Shown here: piece after piece, positions 11,934 through 22,754 of the stretch | Position numbering within the stretch: the stretch's first letter is position 1 | Layout of the letters: each line of letters begins with the position of its first letter | Assembly: GCF_001194135.2 (NCBI RefSeq) | Contig: NC_068989.1 | Location: 43,245,558-43,278,207, forward strand | From: Octopus bimaculoides | Taxonomy: Eukaryota | DNA length: 32,650 bases | Direction of reading: 5' to 3' | Program-made: the position numbers and the translations under genes | The notes under the pieces: generated by a model | The model's input: the letters and a program-made list of their open reading frames with translations, nothing else | Database searches by the model: none | What the model was told of the DNA's origin: nothing

Positions 11934-13152
11934 NNNNNNNNNNNNNNNNNNNNNNNNNNNNNNNNNNNNNNNNNNNNNNNNNNNNNNNNNNNNNNNNNNN
12001 NNNNNNNNNNNNNNNNNNNNNNNNNNNNNNNNNNNNNNNNNNNNNNNNNNNNNNNNNNNNNNNNNNNNNNNNNNNNNNNNNNNNNNNNNNNNNNNNNNNN
12101 NNNNNNNNNNNNNNNNNNNNNNNNNNNNNNNNNNNNNNNNNNNNNNNNNNNNNNNNNNNNNNNNNNNNNNNNNNNNNNNNNNNNNNNNNNNNNNNNNNNN
12201 NNNNNNNNNNNNNNNNNNNNNNNNNNNNNNNNNNNNNNNNNNNNNNNNNNNNNNNNNNNNNNNNNNNNNNNNNNNNNNNNNNNNNNNNNNNNNNNNNNNN
12301 NNNNNNNNNNNNNNNNNNNNNNNNNNNNNNNNNNNNNNNNNNNNNNNNNNNNNNNNNNNNNNNNNNNNNNNNNNNNNNNNNNNNNNNNNNNNNNNNNNNN
12401 NNNNNNNNTATATATATATATATATATATATATGGGAGGGGGGAATAATTTCAAAAAAGAACAATTCAAAGTTTTTGAGAGGTCCAAAAAGAGAGAAAGA
12501 ATGATTTCTAAAAAAGAGTCATCACATTCATAGAAAACAGCTGGAGCAAGTAATAAGAATATGAAAATAGTAGTTGAAAAATATCGTTTTAGGTATAAAT
12601 ATACCATAAACAATTATAGAAAAATGGAGGACAAAAAGATGTTGCATCAAAATTAGATTTAATATAAATTAGGATCCATTACATACGCGCGTTTCAAAGG
12701 ACAATACAAATATGTAAGAAAAAAATTATAATCATATTAATTATAATTAAATTTATGCATTGTCATTCTCATCAGTGTGAAGAATTTTGGGAAGGACATC
12801 AAAAAAGGTTTAATAAAATGAAGTAAATTGAATAAGATACAAAAGGGGAGAATACAAAAGAGGTAATAGGGAAAAATCGGATATTTACAAACAAGTTGTA
12901 AAAGAGAAAAAGTAACAGTAATAATAATAGTGAGAGAGACGAAAGAGAAAAAGAGACAGATATATCAATATGTATGCACGTCTATATGTGCAGTAAACTA
13001 TAACATAAAAATGAGAATAAAAATCTAACGGATGTGTTTTAAAATAGTAACAGGTCGAGACGATGTATAATGCAAACAGGGCCACGTGTGCATAATAGAA
13101 TATAACGTAATAGGTTTACTAGCAGAAAAAAAACCAAAGAGAGTTATTCATA

Positions 13153-13544
13153 TACTCTTACTCTTTACTCTTTTACTTGTTTCAGTCATTTGACTGCGGC
13201 CATGCTGGAGCACCGCCTTTAGTCGAGCAAATCGACCCCAGGACTTATTCTTTGGAAGCCTAGTACTTATTCTATCGGTCTCTTTTGCCGAACCGCTAGA
13301 TTACGGGGACGTAAACACACCAGCATCGGTTGTCAAGCGATGTTGGGGGGACAAACACAGACAAACAAACACACACATACACACACATATATATATACAC
13401 ATATACGACGGGCTTCTTTCAGTTTCCGTCTACCAAATCCANNNNNNNNNNGAAGACACTTGCCCAAGGTACCACGCAGTGGGACTGAACTCGGAACCAT
13501 GTGGTTGGTAAGCAAGCTACTTACCACACAGCCACTCCTGCGCC
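13153..13544 (-). mobile_element. SINE family B, near full-length low-divergence copy with an internal microsatellite and a 10-N gap
   Basis: Minus strand: GGCGCAGGAGTGGCTGTGTGGTAAG (A box), GAGTTCAGTCC (B box-like), CCTTGGGCAAGTGTCTTC, internal (TG/TA)n, GATAGAATAAGTACTAGG, GGCGGTGCTCCAGCATGGCCGCAGTC and an (AGAGTA)-type tandem tail. Homologous to 15942-16303, 18939-19155 and 29968-30155. Confidence 0.9.
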
Positions 13545-13974
13545 GAAAAAATATATATTACACGAGGCTAAAAGTGATAGGCAAGACTATGTTTGAAAAA
13601 AGTTACAACATTTAAATAAAAATGTACATACAAGCAGAGAAAAAACGAAAAGGAGGTTAACACGGAAAGAACATCGATCACAGACAATTTTTTTACATGA
13701 AATAACTTCGAATACAAAAATTTTTATCTGTTCTATAACACAAAATATACAAGTATACGAAGTTTGAAAGTGTTTCGGTAGAAAACACACTAAATAAAAC
13801 ATAAATAAAAAGTGGCACCCGCCAAATCAGAAAGAGCCCATAAATGCATGTATTTTATATATGTACGTATGTATGCAAGTATGTATTATGTTTGTATCAT
13901 ATATGTGCGTATATATGTATGCATATATGTTTGTATGTATTTGCATTTGTATGTATATGTTGAATTTAAGACCC

Positions 13975-14059
13975 TATAAAATCAAATTTGTGGCCTACAA
14001 ACTTCCCAGATTTCAACCCCATAGACAACCAATTTTGGAGCGTCATTGAAAGGGTGACT
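13975..14059 (+). mobile_element. Tc1/mariner transposase fragment (catalytic-domain motif)
   Basis: 13991-14059 reads WPTNFPDFNPIDNQFWSVIERVT, matching WPxNSPDLNPxDxxxWxxxER. Confidence 0.7.
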
Positions 14060-14807
14060 TGTATGTATGTATGGCAAGGTATGGTATCTATGTGTGCGCA
14101 CGCGTTTTTCTAGCCTTAGCAGAGATTACACGTGTATCTGCGTAGTGTATATATGCTTATTATACACACTCGTAACTGTGTTTTTACACACATACACATA
14201 CACAATAATGTACATTAATATTTCAGGAAATTCTACGAAACAATTTAATCATTAAAAAACAATCTCGAGAGATTTCTAAAATATATATGATTTGTAATAT
14301 CTCTGGATCAAATATATAGTATCTGGTTATTATTTGGTTATCGTCTCTGTGGTGCGAATAGGATATCCAAAAACAGTAGCAAAGTTTTATATTGATAACC
14401 AGATGTGCAATCTCAATAATAAATAGCTCGTAGCCAGTCAGACTTTTGTCTGAGTGTTAAAATATCAAGTGGTGAGTAGACTGGGTGGAGCGAGCTAATG
14501 TCTTGCAAAATAAGCACTGAATGTATATTGACGCCACGACCCAAGATAGCACGATGAGATCACGTCTCGTTTTCGAAGCTGAGGTGTGGCCTTTGCTTTA
14601 TATTATGTATACTATTGAGTTTGCCTTTTCGCATCCCTCTAACCATGAGGATAATAATTCCTTTTTTAGTGGTTGTATAAAAGATAGCTTACTTATTTCT
14701 CTATTCAATAAGCGAATAGAGAAATAAAGAGAAAATTTTTGCTCATCAATAATTACTTTCGATTATGAATTACCAAGCAGTATGAACCTATATTACCTAC
14801 ACTGGAT

Positions 14808-14810
14808 ATG

Positions 14811-14850
<40 letters not shown>

Positions 14851-14895
14851 TGCGTGTGTGTACGTGTGTGCGTGTGTGTGTGTGCATGTATGTAT
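14808..14895. repeat. (TG)n microsatellite
   Basis: Direct repeats. Confidence 0.95.
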
Positions 14896-15067
14896 GTTGC
14901 TTAGTTTGGCCTTTCGCTTTGGCAATAGTTTTTGGTGCCTATGTAGTGCCAAGCAGTCATTGGCATTCTCTAAAAACGTCCCAACTTTGACCTAGCAGCA
15001 TATCCAAGATATGACTGCTCGAGCGGGTAGAGAAAGTGCTACAGCAGCATTTGGCTATGACACATTT

Positions 15068-15198
15068 TTCAGCAGAGTGGAGTTATGTAAAATGAAATGA
15101 AGTGTCTTGTTCTGGGACATAACCACTGCCCAATTCCGGAATCGAATCCACAAATTTGTGATCGTGAACCCAACACCTTATATACTATGACACGCATT
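15068..15198 (-). mobile_element. SINE family C copy
   Basis: TGAAATGAAGTGTCTTGTTCTGGGACATAACC...CCGGAATCGAATCC...GATCGTGAACCCAACACC is the reverse complement of a tRNA-like head; homologous to 28143-28277. Confidence 0.7.
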
Positions 15199-15254
15199 TT
15201 TATTTATATATTTATATATATATATTTACTAGTTGAGTCAAGAGGAAGTATTAC

Positions 15255-15660
15255 CTATGACCCTTGTAAATTTTTCGAGATAGATGAGTCCATGTCGTTA
15301 ACTTTCCGTTTAAACTATTCCAGGTCAACCCCTGCAGAATAAGAAAACACGAGAAGGGTGGAGATTCTGAAGGACTAATATTTTGTGGGGAAAAGAATGG
15401 GCATAGAAGTTAATGCACGTAAGAGATGAATAATATTAAACCGGATGACAAATGAGGTCTGCAATCATACAGGAGCGATCCGGCCAATACAGTTCTACAT
15501 AGATTCCACCAAACAAATTTCAACAGGAGATTTGTTATCATTCATTTTAGTAATGGCTGTTTGAATGAAAGATGGAGAATAATTGAGCTCATGATGAAAG
15601 GAAAATCAAGGAAGATGCTTCGATTTTTTCCGCCAGCTACAGATATTTGTGCAGTTGCTG
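15255..15660 (+). mobile_element. Possible Merlin (IS1016/IS1595-like, ISXO2 DDE) transposase relic
   Basis: DPCKFFEIDES (EIDES at 15277-15291; ~GPGKIVEIDES), then after frameshifts RKHEKGGDSEGLIFCG (~RKYNRGRxxEGxWVFGG), IIQER..RP.TVLH (~IIxxxIxPGTxIxSD) and HQTNFNRRFV...ERWR (~HxTVNHSxxFV...ExxW). Spacing is imperfect. Confidence 0.4.
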
Positions 15661-15901
15661 TCCTAAACCAGGATTAAGCTTGACTGAAGGTAGTCAAACA
15701 CACTTTGTCACAAGTTCGTTATTGAACTTAAGAATTTTCGTAAATTAGTAGGGTTACCACTAGGGTCAGCGACTGCTTATTATCTTGCTAACCTTATACA
15801 CAGCTAATATCCAAATCTCGAGTGCACTCCAGTATCCACCACCGGTAGGAGCATACCTTTTCGGTTAGCCCCAGTTCCCCAGTTCCCATACAGAAATCAT
15901 G

Positions 15902-15941
<40 letters not shown>

Positions 15942-15942
<1 letters not shown>

Positions 15943-16303
15943 TTTATTTGTTTCAGTCATTTGACTGCGGCCATCCCAGGGGCACCACCTTGAAGGCTTA
16001 TTAATTTTTTAAACCTAGTACGTATCGCTCTCTTTTGCCGAACCACTAAGTTATGGGGACTTAAACACACTAACACCAATTATCAAACTCTGGTGGGGGA
16101 AAGCACAAACACAAAGATACACACATAGATATACATACGTATATCCGACGGGCTTTTTTCCAGTTTCCGTCTACTAAATCTACTCAGAAAGCTTTGGTTG
16201 TCTCCAGGCTATAGTAGAAGACATTTGCTCAAGGTGCCACGCAGTGAGACTGCACCCGAACCATGTGGTTGACATGCTGTCTTCTTATCACACAGCCACG
16301 CCT
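15942..16303 (-). mobile_element. SINE family B, full-length diverged copy
   Basis: Collinear with 13153-13544 from TTGTTTCAGTCATTTGACTGCGGCC to CACACAGCCACGCCT. Confidence 0.9.
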
Positions 16304-16304
16304 A

Positions 16305-16570
16305 TTTATTTATTTATTTATACATACATACATACATGCATACATGCATACATGCATACATACATACCTACATACATACATACATACATACATACATACA
16401 TCTACGTGACGGCTCCATCAGTTTGGACCCAACGGAGAAGTCGCTCGAGGATTCCATAACCATGAATCTTGCACGAAAACTGGGTGGGGATGATGGATAT
16501 ATATACAGACGTGCATATATATATATATACATACACACACACAGACTGACAGTCATATATACAAAGATAC

Positions 16571-16604
<34 letters not shown>

Positions 16605-16715
16605 GCACAAACGAATAAATGCTTGTAAGTATATGTATATATTTATATATGTGCAGCATGCATATACACATATGTGTATGTGTTTGTATATATGCACTGT
16701 ATATGTACATAATTG
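16305..16715. repeat. (TACA)n/(TA)n/(CA)n compound microsatellite with a ~115-bp unique insert at 16385-16500
   Basis: Direct repeats. Confidence 0.85.
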
Positions 16716-17353
16716 AATTGCGTCTTTCTTTGACACTGTATTTGATATTGGTCGTTTTATGAAAACTTTTCTTTTTAAGATTTCGTTCCGACTGAACTAC
16801 ATTATTGTTGATTCCTGTTTCATATAATTCTTTCTTACACTTTCGTTTGTGTCTTTTATTGCTGTTGTATTTTCCTTGGTGTTTTATTGAATGCTTGCGG
16901 CTTAATTGCTCTTGCGCAGGCAGCTGTTTTAAGAGATATTGAATCGGCTTAATTCTTTCAATTTGCTACGTTTTCTATAATAAAGTACAATACGATAAAA
17001 GATAAGGTGACGTGAAGATAGTAAAGCAAGCTACATTTCTCAACCTTCATAATTGGTTCAAATTATCGGAAATATCAAATTCTACGCACTATTGAAAACA
17101 TGCAAAGCATTATATACATATGTATATACATACGTGTTTTTCTTTGGAGTGAGTGGGGTGAATACATATATGCATATATGCATACAAATATGTATATATC
17201 CGTATGATATGGGTCTAATAAATATGCATGAGCGTGTGTATATCATTCAGCTACAGACAATTACACATGTGTGCCTGTGTATGTATATGAGACAATGACA
17301 ATGTATACAAAAATATATAAATATATGTATATATTATAATATATATATACATA

Positions 17354-17386
<33 letters not shown>

Positions 17387-17620
17387 NNNNNNNNNNNNNN
17401 NNNNNNNNNNNNNNNNNNNNNNNNNNNNNNNNNNNNNNNNNNNNNNNNNNNNNNNNNNNNNNNNNNNNNNNNNNNNNNNNNNNNNNNNNNNNNNNNNNNN
17501 NNNNNNNNNNNNNNNNNNNNNNNNNNNNNNNNNNNNNNNNNNNNNNNNNNNNNNNNNNNNNNNNNNNNNNNNNNNNNNNNNNNNNNNNNNNNNNNNNNNN
17601 NNNNNNNNNNNNNNNNNNNN

Positions 17621-17652
17621 TGGTGGTGGTGGTGGTGGTGGTGCTAGTGGTT

Positions 17653-17692
<40 letters not shown>

Positions 17693-17715
17693 CAGCAGCA
17701 GTTATAGTAGTAGTC
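17621..17715. repeat. (TGG)n/(TAG)n/(CAG)n trinucleotide microsatellite
   Basis: Direct repeats; source of the poly-T/poly-W pseudo-ORFs. Confidence 0.95.
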
Positions 17716-18257
17716 AGCAATATTTGAGAGTATGGAACAAATTATAGAACTTATAATGTGCGTTTCAGTGGAAAGTAGAGGATATTGTCATTGTCTCGTA
17801 TTCAGAGAAATGGCTAGAGGTAAACTGATGGCAGAAGTTAGCGTAATTAAGTAATACAAAACGAGAAGGAGAACATTCTTACAAATGTATAGGTATGAGG
17901 TCAGTTAGTAAGGTGAATTTTCTTTATTACCTAATTATAATTCTATTTACATATATGTATTGAACTATCTTTCTCTCTAGATCTATCTTAATCGCTCACT
18001 CAGACACTGTTTTCTCTCTGCCTATCAAACTACTTATTTATATCCGTCTCGCTATTTAACTCTCTACCTATTGTCATATATTTAAGTGAATCTCAATAAC
18101 TACGATTGTGACAGCAAGCAATTGACAATCTCCGTTCAAGTAGAGGCTTCTAAAATAAGATAAAATAAAGGTTGTCAATTTCATTTTATCATTTGGTATA
18201 AACAATCTTTTGTGTGCGCATACATATATGCAAATGTGCGTGTGGGCGCAAACAAAC

Positions 18258-18305
<48 letters not shown>

Positions 18306-18938
18306 TATTCATATACAATATTTATATATATTATATATATATCATATATATTATGTATANNNNNNNNNNNNNNNNNNNNNNNNNNNNNNNNNNNNNNNNN
18401 NNNNNNNNNNNNNNNNNNNNNNNNNNNNNNNNNNNNNNNNNNNNNNNNNNNNNNNNNNNNNNNNNNNNNNNNNNNNNNNNNNNNNNNNNNNNNNNNNNNN
18501 NNNNNNNNNNNNNNNNNNNNNNNNNNNNNNNNNNNNNNNNNNNNNNNNNNNNNNNNNNNNNNNNNNNNNNNNNNNNNNNNNNNNNNNNNNNNNNNNNNNN
18601 NNNNNNNNNNNNNNNNNNNNNNNNNNNNNNNNNNNNNNNNNNNNNNNNNNNNNNNNNNNNNNNNNNNNNNNNNNNNNNNNNNNNNNNNNNNNNNNNNNNN
18701 NNNNNNNNNNNNNNNNNNNNNNNNNNNNNNNNNNNNNNNNNNNNNNNNNNNNNNNNNNNNNNNNNNNNNNNNNNNNNNNNNNNNNNNNNNNNNNNNNNNN
18801 NNNNNNNNNNNNNNNNNNNNNNNNNNNNNNNNNNNNNNNNNNNNNNNNNNNNNNNNNNNNNNNNNNNNNNNNNNNNNNNNNNNNNNNNNNNNNNNNNNNN
18901 NNNNNNNNNNNNNNNTATGTGTGTGTGTGTGCATGTAT

Positions 18939-19155
18939 TTGTGTGTCTGTGTTTGCCCCCCACCATCGCTTGACAACCGATGTTGGTGCATTTACGTCCC
19001 CTTAACTTAGCGTTTCGGCAAAAGACACCGTTAGAATAAGTACTAGGCTTACAAAGAATAAGTCCTGGTGTCGATTTGTTGGACTAAAAGCGGTGCTCCA
19101 GCATGGCCGCAGTCAAATGACTGAAACAAGCAAAAGAATAAAATAATAAGAGAAT
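18939..19155 (+). mobile_element. SINE family B, 3' half (head probably in gap 18360-18914)
   Basis: TTTGCCCCCCACCATCGCTTGACAACCGATG...TAGAATAAGTACTAGG...GCGGTGCTCCAGCATGGCCGCAGTCAAATGACTGAAACAAG is the reverse complement of 13153-13360. Confidence 0.9.
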
Positions 19156-19593
19156 ATATATGTATATATCTGCGTGTGTGTGTATGTATGGTTATGAAAG
19201 CTAATCCAACACACAAGACGAATTCAAGTATAGAAGTTAAGAGTAAGAGTATGATGTGTCGGGTATACCCTTTCGTCATATATCCAGATTGTAGTCCAGA
19301 GAAGAGGGTTAACAACAGAGGATGTCCCCTTGGAATTCCTATGGCGTGACAGAACCAACAAAACAAAAAAGTGACATAGGTATAAATGTGTATGTATGTC
19401 TGTATGTATGTATGTATGCATGCACGAATGCAAACGGGGGAAATAAGGAGAAAAACAGAAAAAGAGGGGGAAGTGGGGTGGAGAGAGAGATAGCAACCGA
19501 ACATACGTTTTGAATGGAAATGAATATAGATGTATGCATATTTGTATCTGTTTCTTCAGAAGACTGTGAGGGCAACTTTGCCTTTTATCTCTT

Positions 19594-19670
19594 GATGAGC
19601 GATGAAATGTGTACCAGTCAAGCACTGTCGTCGATGTAAACCGGCTGACAACTTCGCCTCAAAATTACTG
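19594..19670 (+). mobile_element. SINE family A, partial diverged 3' part
   Basis: GATGAAATGTGTACCAGTCAAGCACTGTCGTCGATGTAA resembles GATAAAATAAGTACCAGTTGAGCACTGGGGTCGATGTAA of family A. Confidence 0.55.
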
Positions 19671-19683
19671 TTCTCTCTAGATT

Positions 19684-19899
19684 TATTTCAAATTATTGGC
19701 ACAAAGCCAGAAATTTTGGAAGAAGGGGTAGGTCGATTACGTCGACCCCATTGTTTAGCTGGTATTTATTTTATCGACCCCCAAAAGGATGAAAAGCAAA
19801 GTTGACCTCGGCGAAATTTGAACTCAGAACGTGGAGACGGACGACATATCACTAAACAGTTTGCCCGGAGCGCTAACGGGCATGCCAGCTCTCTGCCTT
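19684..19899 (-). mobile_element. SINE family A, full-length copy
   Basis: Reverse complement aligns end to end with 4827-5043, including TTCATCCTTTTGGGGGTCGATAAAATAAATACCAG. Confidence 0.88.
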
Positions 19900-20957
19900 G
19901 CTTTTCTCTAAATTCGAAATCATATTTGTATCTATTTGGGTTTTTTTTTTTTTTTACATAAAATAATGCATAAAATGAAGGCTTTCGGCTAACCGGTTTT
20001 ATGCAGCAGCTAAAGGTGGTATATTTCACTGAGTTTACATCCATAATCTTTTTCGGAGAAGTGTAAACACGACATATTCTGTCTTCTATAAAGTTGTAGG
20101 GAAGAGGGTATACACCATCCTGTGTATCCCAATTCCGTACATTAAATTCTTCAAGGAAGAAAACGGAACGCAGACTCTAAACTAAAACAGAACAACAAAT
20201 ATTTTATTACAGTAGAATTCTGCTCACACTAGGAGGGAATTCGGTAGCATGTGGCCTTTGGTTAGATGAGATGCCGTCAATGAAGTTGCGTGGTTGAAGG
20301 CATTTCCTCCTCTCTGGTTAACTGTGTGGATTCATTGTAGAGTTGACGGAGAGCTGCTGTCGAGACGGTTAGCTTCCACGAAGTTCAGCAAGCAAAAGAG
20401 GCAGAGAGATGCGGGAACGCTTGGATGTTGGATGACCACGTATGCACACGAGGGACTTCCTGCATGCCATCCGGAAGACTAGTCCCTGCTTTTGCTTTTG
20501 TCTTGTTTTGTTTTTGTTGCTATTTCATGTTTTTTTTTCTGTATTACTAAACATTTTTGATCGCTCAGAAATTCACTCCATTTATGAAAATATCAATGAC
20601 AAAAGAATAACCATCTCGGTGAAACAAATAGTACAGCGGAATATGGCATCCTCAAACCAGAGACCTGACACAACTGCTCGCGCAAAAATAATTACTCGAC
20701 GTACCAAGTACTGATGTTAAATCGAATGATGCATTAACCTTTTAACAGCGAAATTTAATTTCATGGTTATTCCTGTAATGACGATAAATGTCTACCAAAA
20801 CATAGAATTGGGATTTTCTGTAAGTCACGTTGCCTTAATAAACTTGGTATGTTTCAACTTTAGATTGTTTCAAACATGATATTCCTCGACAAGAGACAGA
20901 TTGATATATAAACCGCTTTCCACAGTTAAGGGTAATAAAATTTTCAGTGGATATATC

Positions 20958-21225
20958 TGATTTCTGCAGCAAAAGGGCTACGTCTAGTACTCAATTAAGC
21001 CGCAGCGGAATTTGAGCTCAGAGGACAGAGAACCAGATCAAATATGACAAGGCATCAGGCCCTACGCTGTTATAGTTCCACCAATCCGCCGCTTTGGATT
21101 TATTGATTCTGAAAGGAAGAACAGCTATACTGACCTCAACAAGATTAGGAGTCAGAACTCTAACTGTCAGAATAAATACCACGTAACATTCTATTCCACA
21201 CTGCAACGACTCTGATGATCTAGTA
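20958..21225 (-). mobile_element. Two tandem, strongly decayed family A-related SINE copies (~20958-21082 and ~21087-21225)
   Basis: GCGGAATTTGAGCTCAGAGG...CAAATATGACAAGGCAT...CCAATCCGCCGC and TTTATTGATTCTGAAAGGAAGAA...GACCTCAACAAGATT..GAGTCAGAAC...AAATACC both echo the family A minus-strand pattern. Confidence 0.5.
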
Positions 21226-21296
21226 TAGTGATTATTGATAGAATTCTCGGCACACAAGTCGGCATAGTTAATAGTGTAAGCATTAAGTATATATAT

Positions 21297-21446
21297 ATTG
21301 GTTTCTAATTTTGGCACAAGACCAACAAATTCGATTATATCGACCCCCAGTACCCAACTAAGGCAAAGTCGACCTTTACGGATTTTGAACTCAGAGCGTA
21401 AAGACGGACGAAATGCTGCTAGGCATTTTGCCCGGCGTGCTAACGG
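21297..21446 (-). mobile_element. SINE family A copy with internal deletions
   Basis: ATTGGTTTCTAATTTTGGCACAAG...CGACCCCCAGTACCCAACT|AAGGCAAAGTCGACC...TTTGAACTCAGAGCGTAAAGACGGACGAAATG...CCCGGCGTGCTAACG; lacks ~32 nt of the central block present in 19684-19899. Confidence 0.85.
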
Positions 21447-22122
21447 GTTGGTGTGAATATTCAAATATTGTTGCTAACTTTCCAAATCCAGCTGCAATTC
21501 ACATAGAACTTTTAGTTCTCCAAAATCATTTTGGAGCCTAAGTCAATCTACCGTTTTTTGATCATAAATATTCAACATGTACACCGGATATTAAAGTACA
21601 TAATATCTGATATAAACTACGCGATGGTCACGACTCTAACGGTTTTGATCATACAAGTATTAGATCAGAACTGAGCGCAAGCTCTGTAAATAACATACAT
21701 ACACAAAAGAGGAAAAGAGACATGTGAAAGACATTGTTGGCATAAAGTTAACATTTCTTTAACCGTAAATAATTGTTTGGCTTTTATAAATGTGCCAAGA
21801 GTTAAGTCAGCATACAACTGGAATTTTGAAGTTCGAGAAATAAGTAAACTAGTATTACTCTTATGAGACTTCAGCATGCAGCGCTGATTTTTACCACTAC
21901 ACATTTCTCTCAACTCGAGTATGCTCCGGTTTTTAAAATGTCAGCTCTTGGCGAGTATGTATGTCAGGAAGATTCCTGTCATTGCTATTTCGGTTTCTAT
22001 AAAGATCCGGTACAGTGGCAGGCATTACAATAAATGAACTGTATCTGAAGCAGTTAGCATTTCCTCTCACTTGTAATATAGTCTCCATATTCTGAGAAAA
22101 TCCTTGTTTTACTTCACAATTT

Positions 22123-22435
22123 CATTTTTTATTTTTCGCCCTTTCAAAGCCTAGCCAGGCTCATGGGCCCGGTTTCCCGGTTTCTATGGCGTATGTGTTC
22201 CCACCAGCTGGACGGGACGCCAGTCCATCGCAGCGTTACTCAAGAAACAGGAAGAAAGAGTGAGAGAAAGTTGGGGCGAAAGAGTACAACAGGGGTTGCC
22301 ACCACCCCCTGCCGGAGTCTCGTGGAGCTTAGGTGTTTTCGCTCAATAAACACTCACAACGCCCGGTCTGGGAATCGAAACCGCGATCCTCCGACCACGA
22401 GCCCGTTGCCCTAACCACTGGGCCATTGCGCCTCC
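22123..22435 (-). mobile_element. SINE family D, intact young-looking copy with target-site duplication
   Basis: Minus strand: A box TGGCCCAGTGG, near-consensus B box GTTTCGATTCC, CTGCGATGGACTGGCGTCCCGTCCAG block and A-rich tail. Flanked by ACTTCACAATTT (22111-22122) and ACTTTACAATTT (22436-22447), 11/12 identical. Confidence 0.88.
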
Positions 22436-22539
22436 ACTTTACAATTTACCTTACAAAAATAGCATCTTGGAAATGTGCGTTTTACTTATTCTACCATACA
22501 AGAAACGAACCAGTGATCTTTGTCTTAATATGGCTTCTC

Positions 22540-22745
22540 TTGATATTATTGCGGATGCTCTTGTCTAACCGTAGGACAGCACTCCTCGAATGGGCCTATA
22601 GTTCAAAGATGTTGCAGCTATGACCATGTCGTATTTTAGGAGTTATCTAATGTGACCATTCCAATTTTTAAAACAATAGATTGTGATTTAAGGGAGATTT
22701 GGCAATTGTTACCAGCAGATTGAGCAACCACGAAGAGGCTGCTTC
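22540..22745 (+). mobile_element. Probable 3' fragment of another interspersed (SINE-like) repeat
   Basis: GCAGCTATGACCATGTCG...TTGTGATTTAAGGGAGATTTGGC...CAGCAGATTGAGCAACCACGAAGAGGCT is recognised from memory as an octopus-type repeat tail; there is no second copy in the window. Confidence 0.4.
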
Positions 22746-22754
22746 GTTATCTCA

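Noticed and set aside
12430-13140. A/G-rich stretch that might be a decayed retroelement ORF
   Set aside because: Frequent stops in all frames and no recognisable motif; left unassigned.
21640-21720. Strong-looking minus-strand splice acceptor (pyrimidine tract plus TTTACAG)
   Set aside because: All three frames hit a stop within about 11 codons, and the peptide is unrecognisable.
22360-22435. tRNA gene call for the SINE heads (also 13470-13544 and 28143-28200)
   Set aside because: A and B boxes are present, but there is no complete cloverleaf and the sequence continues into SINE body; these are tRNA-derived SINE heads.
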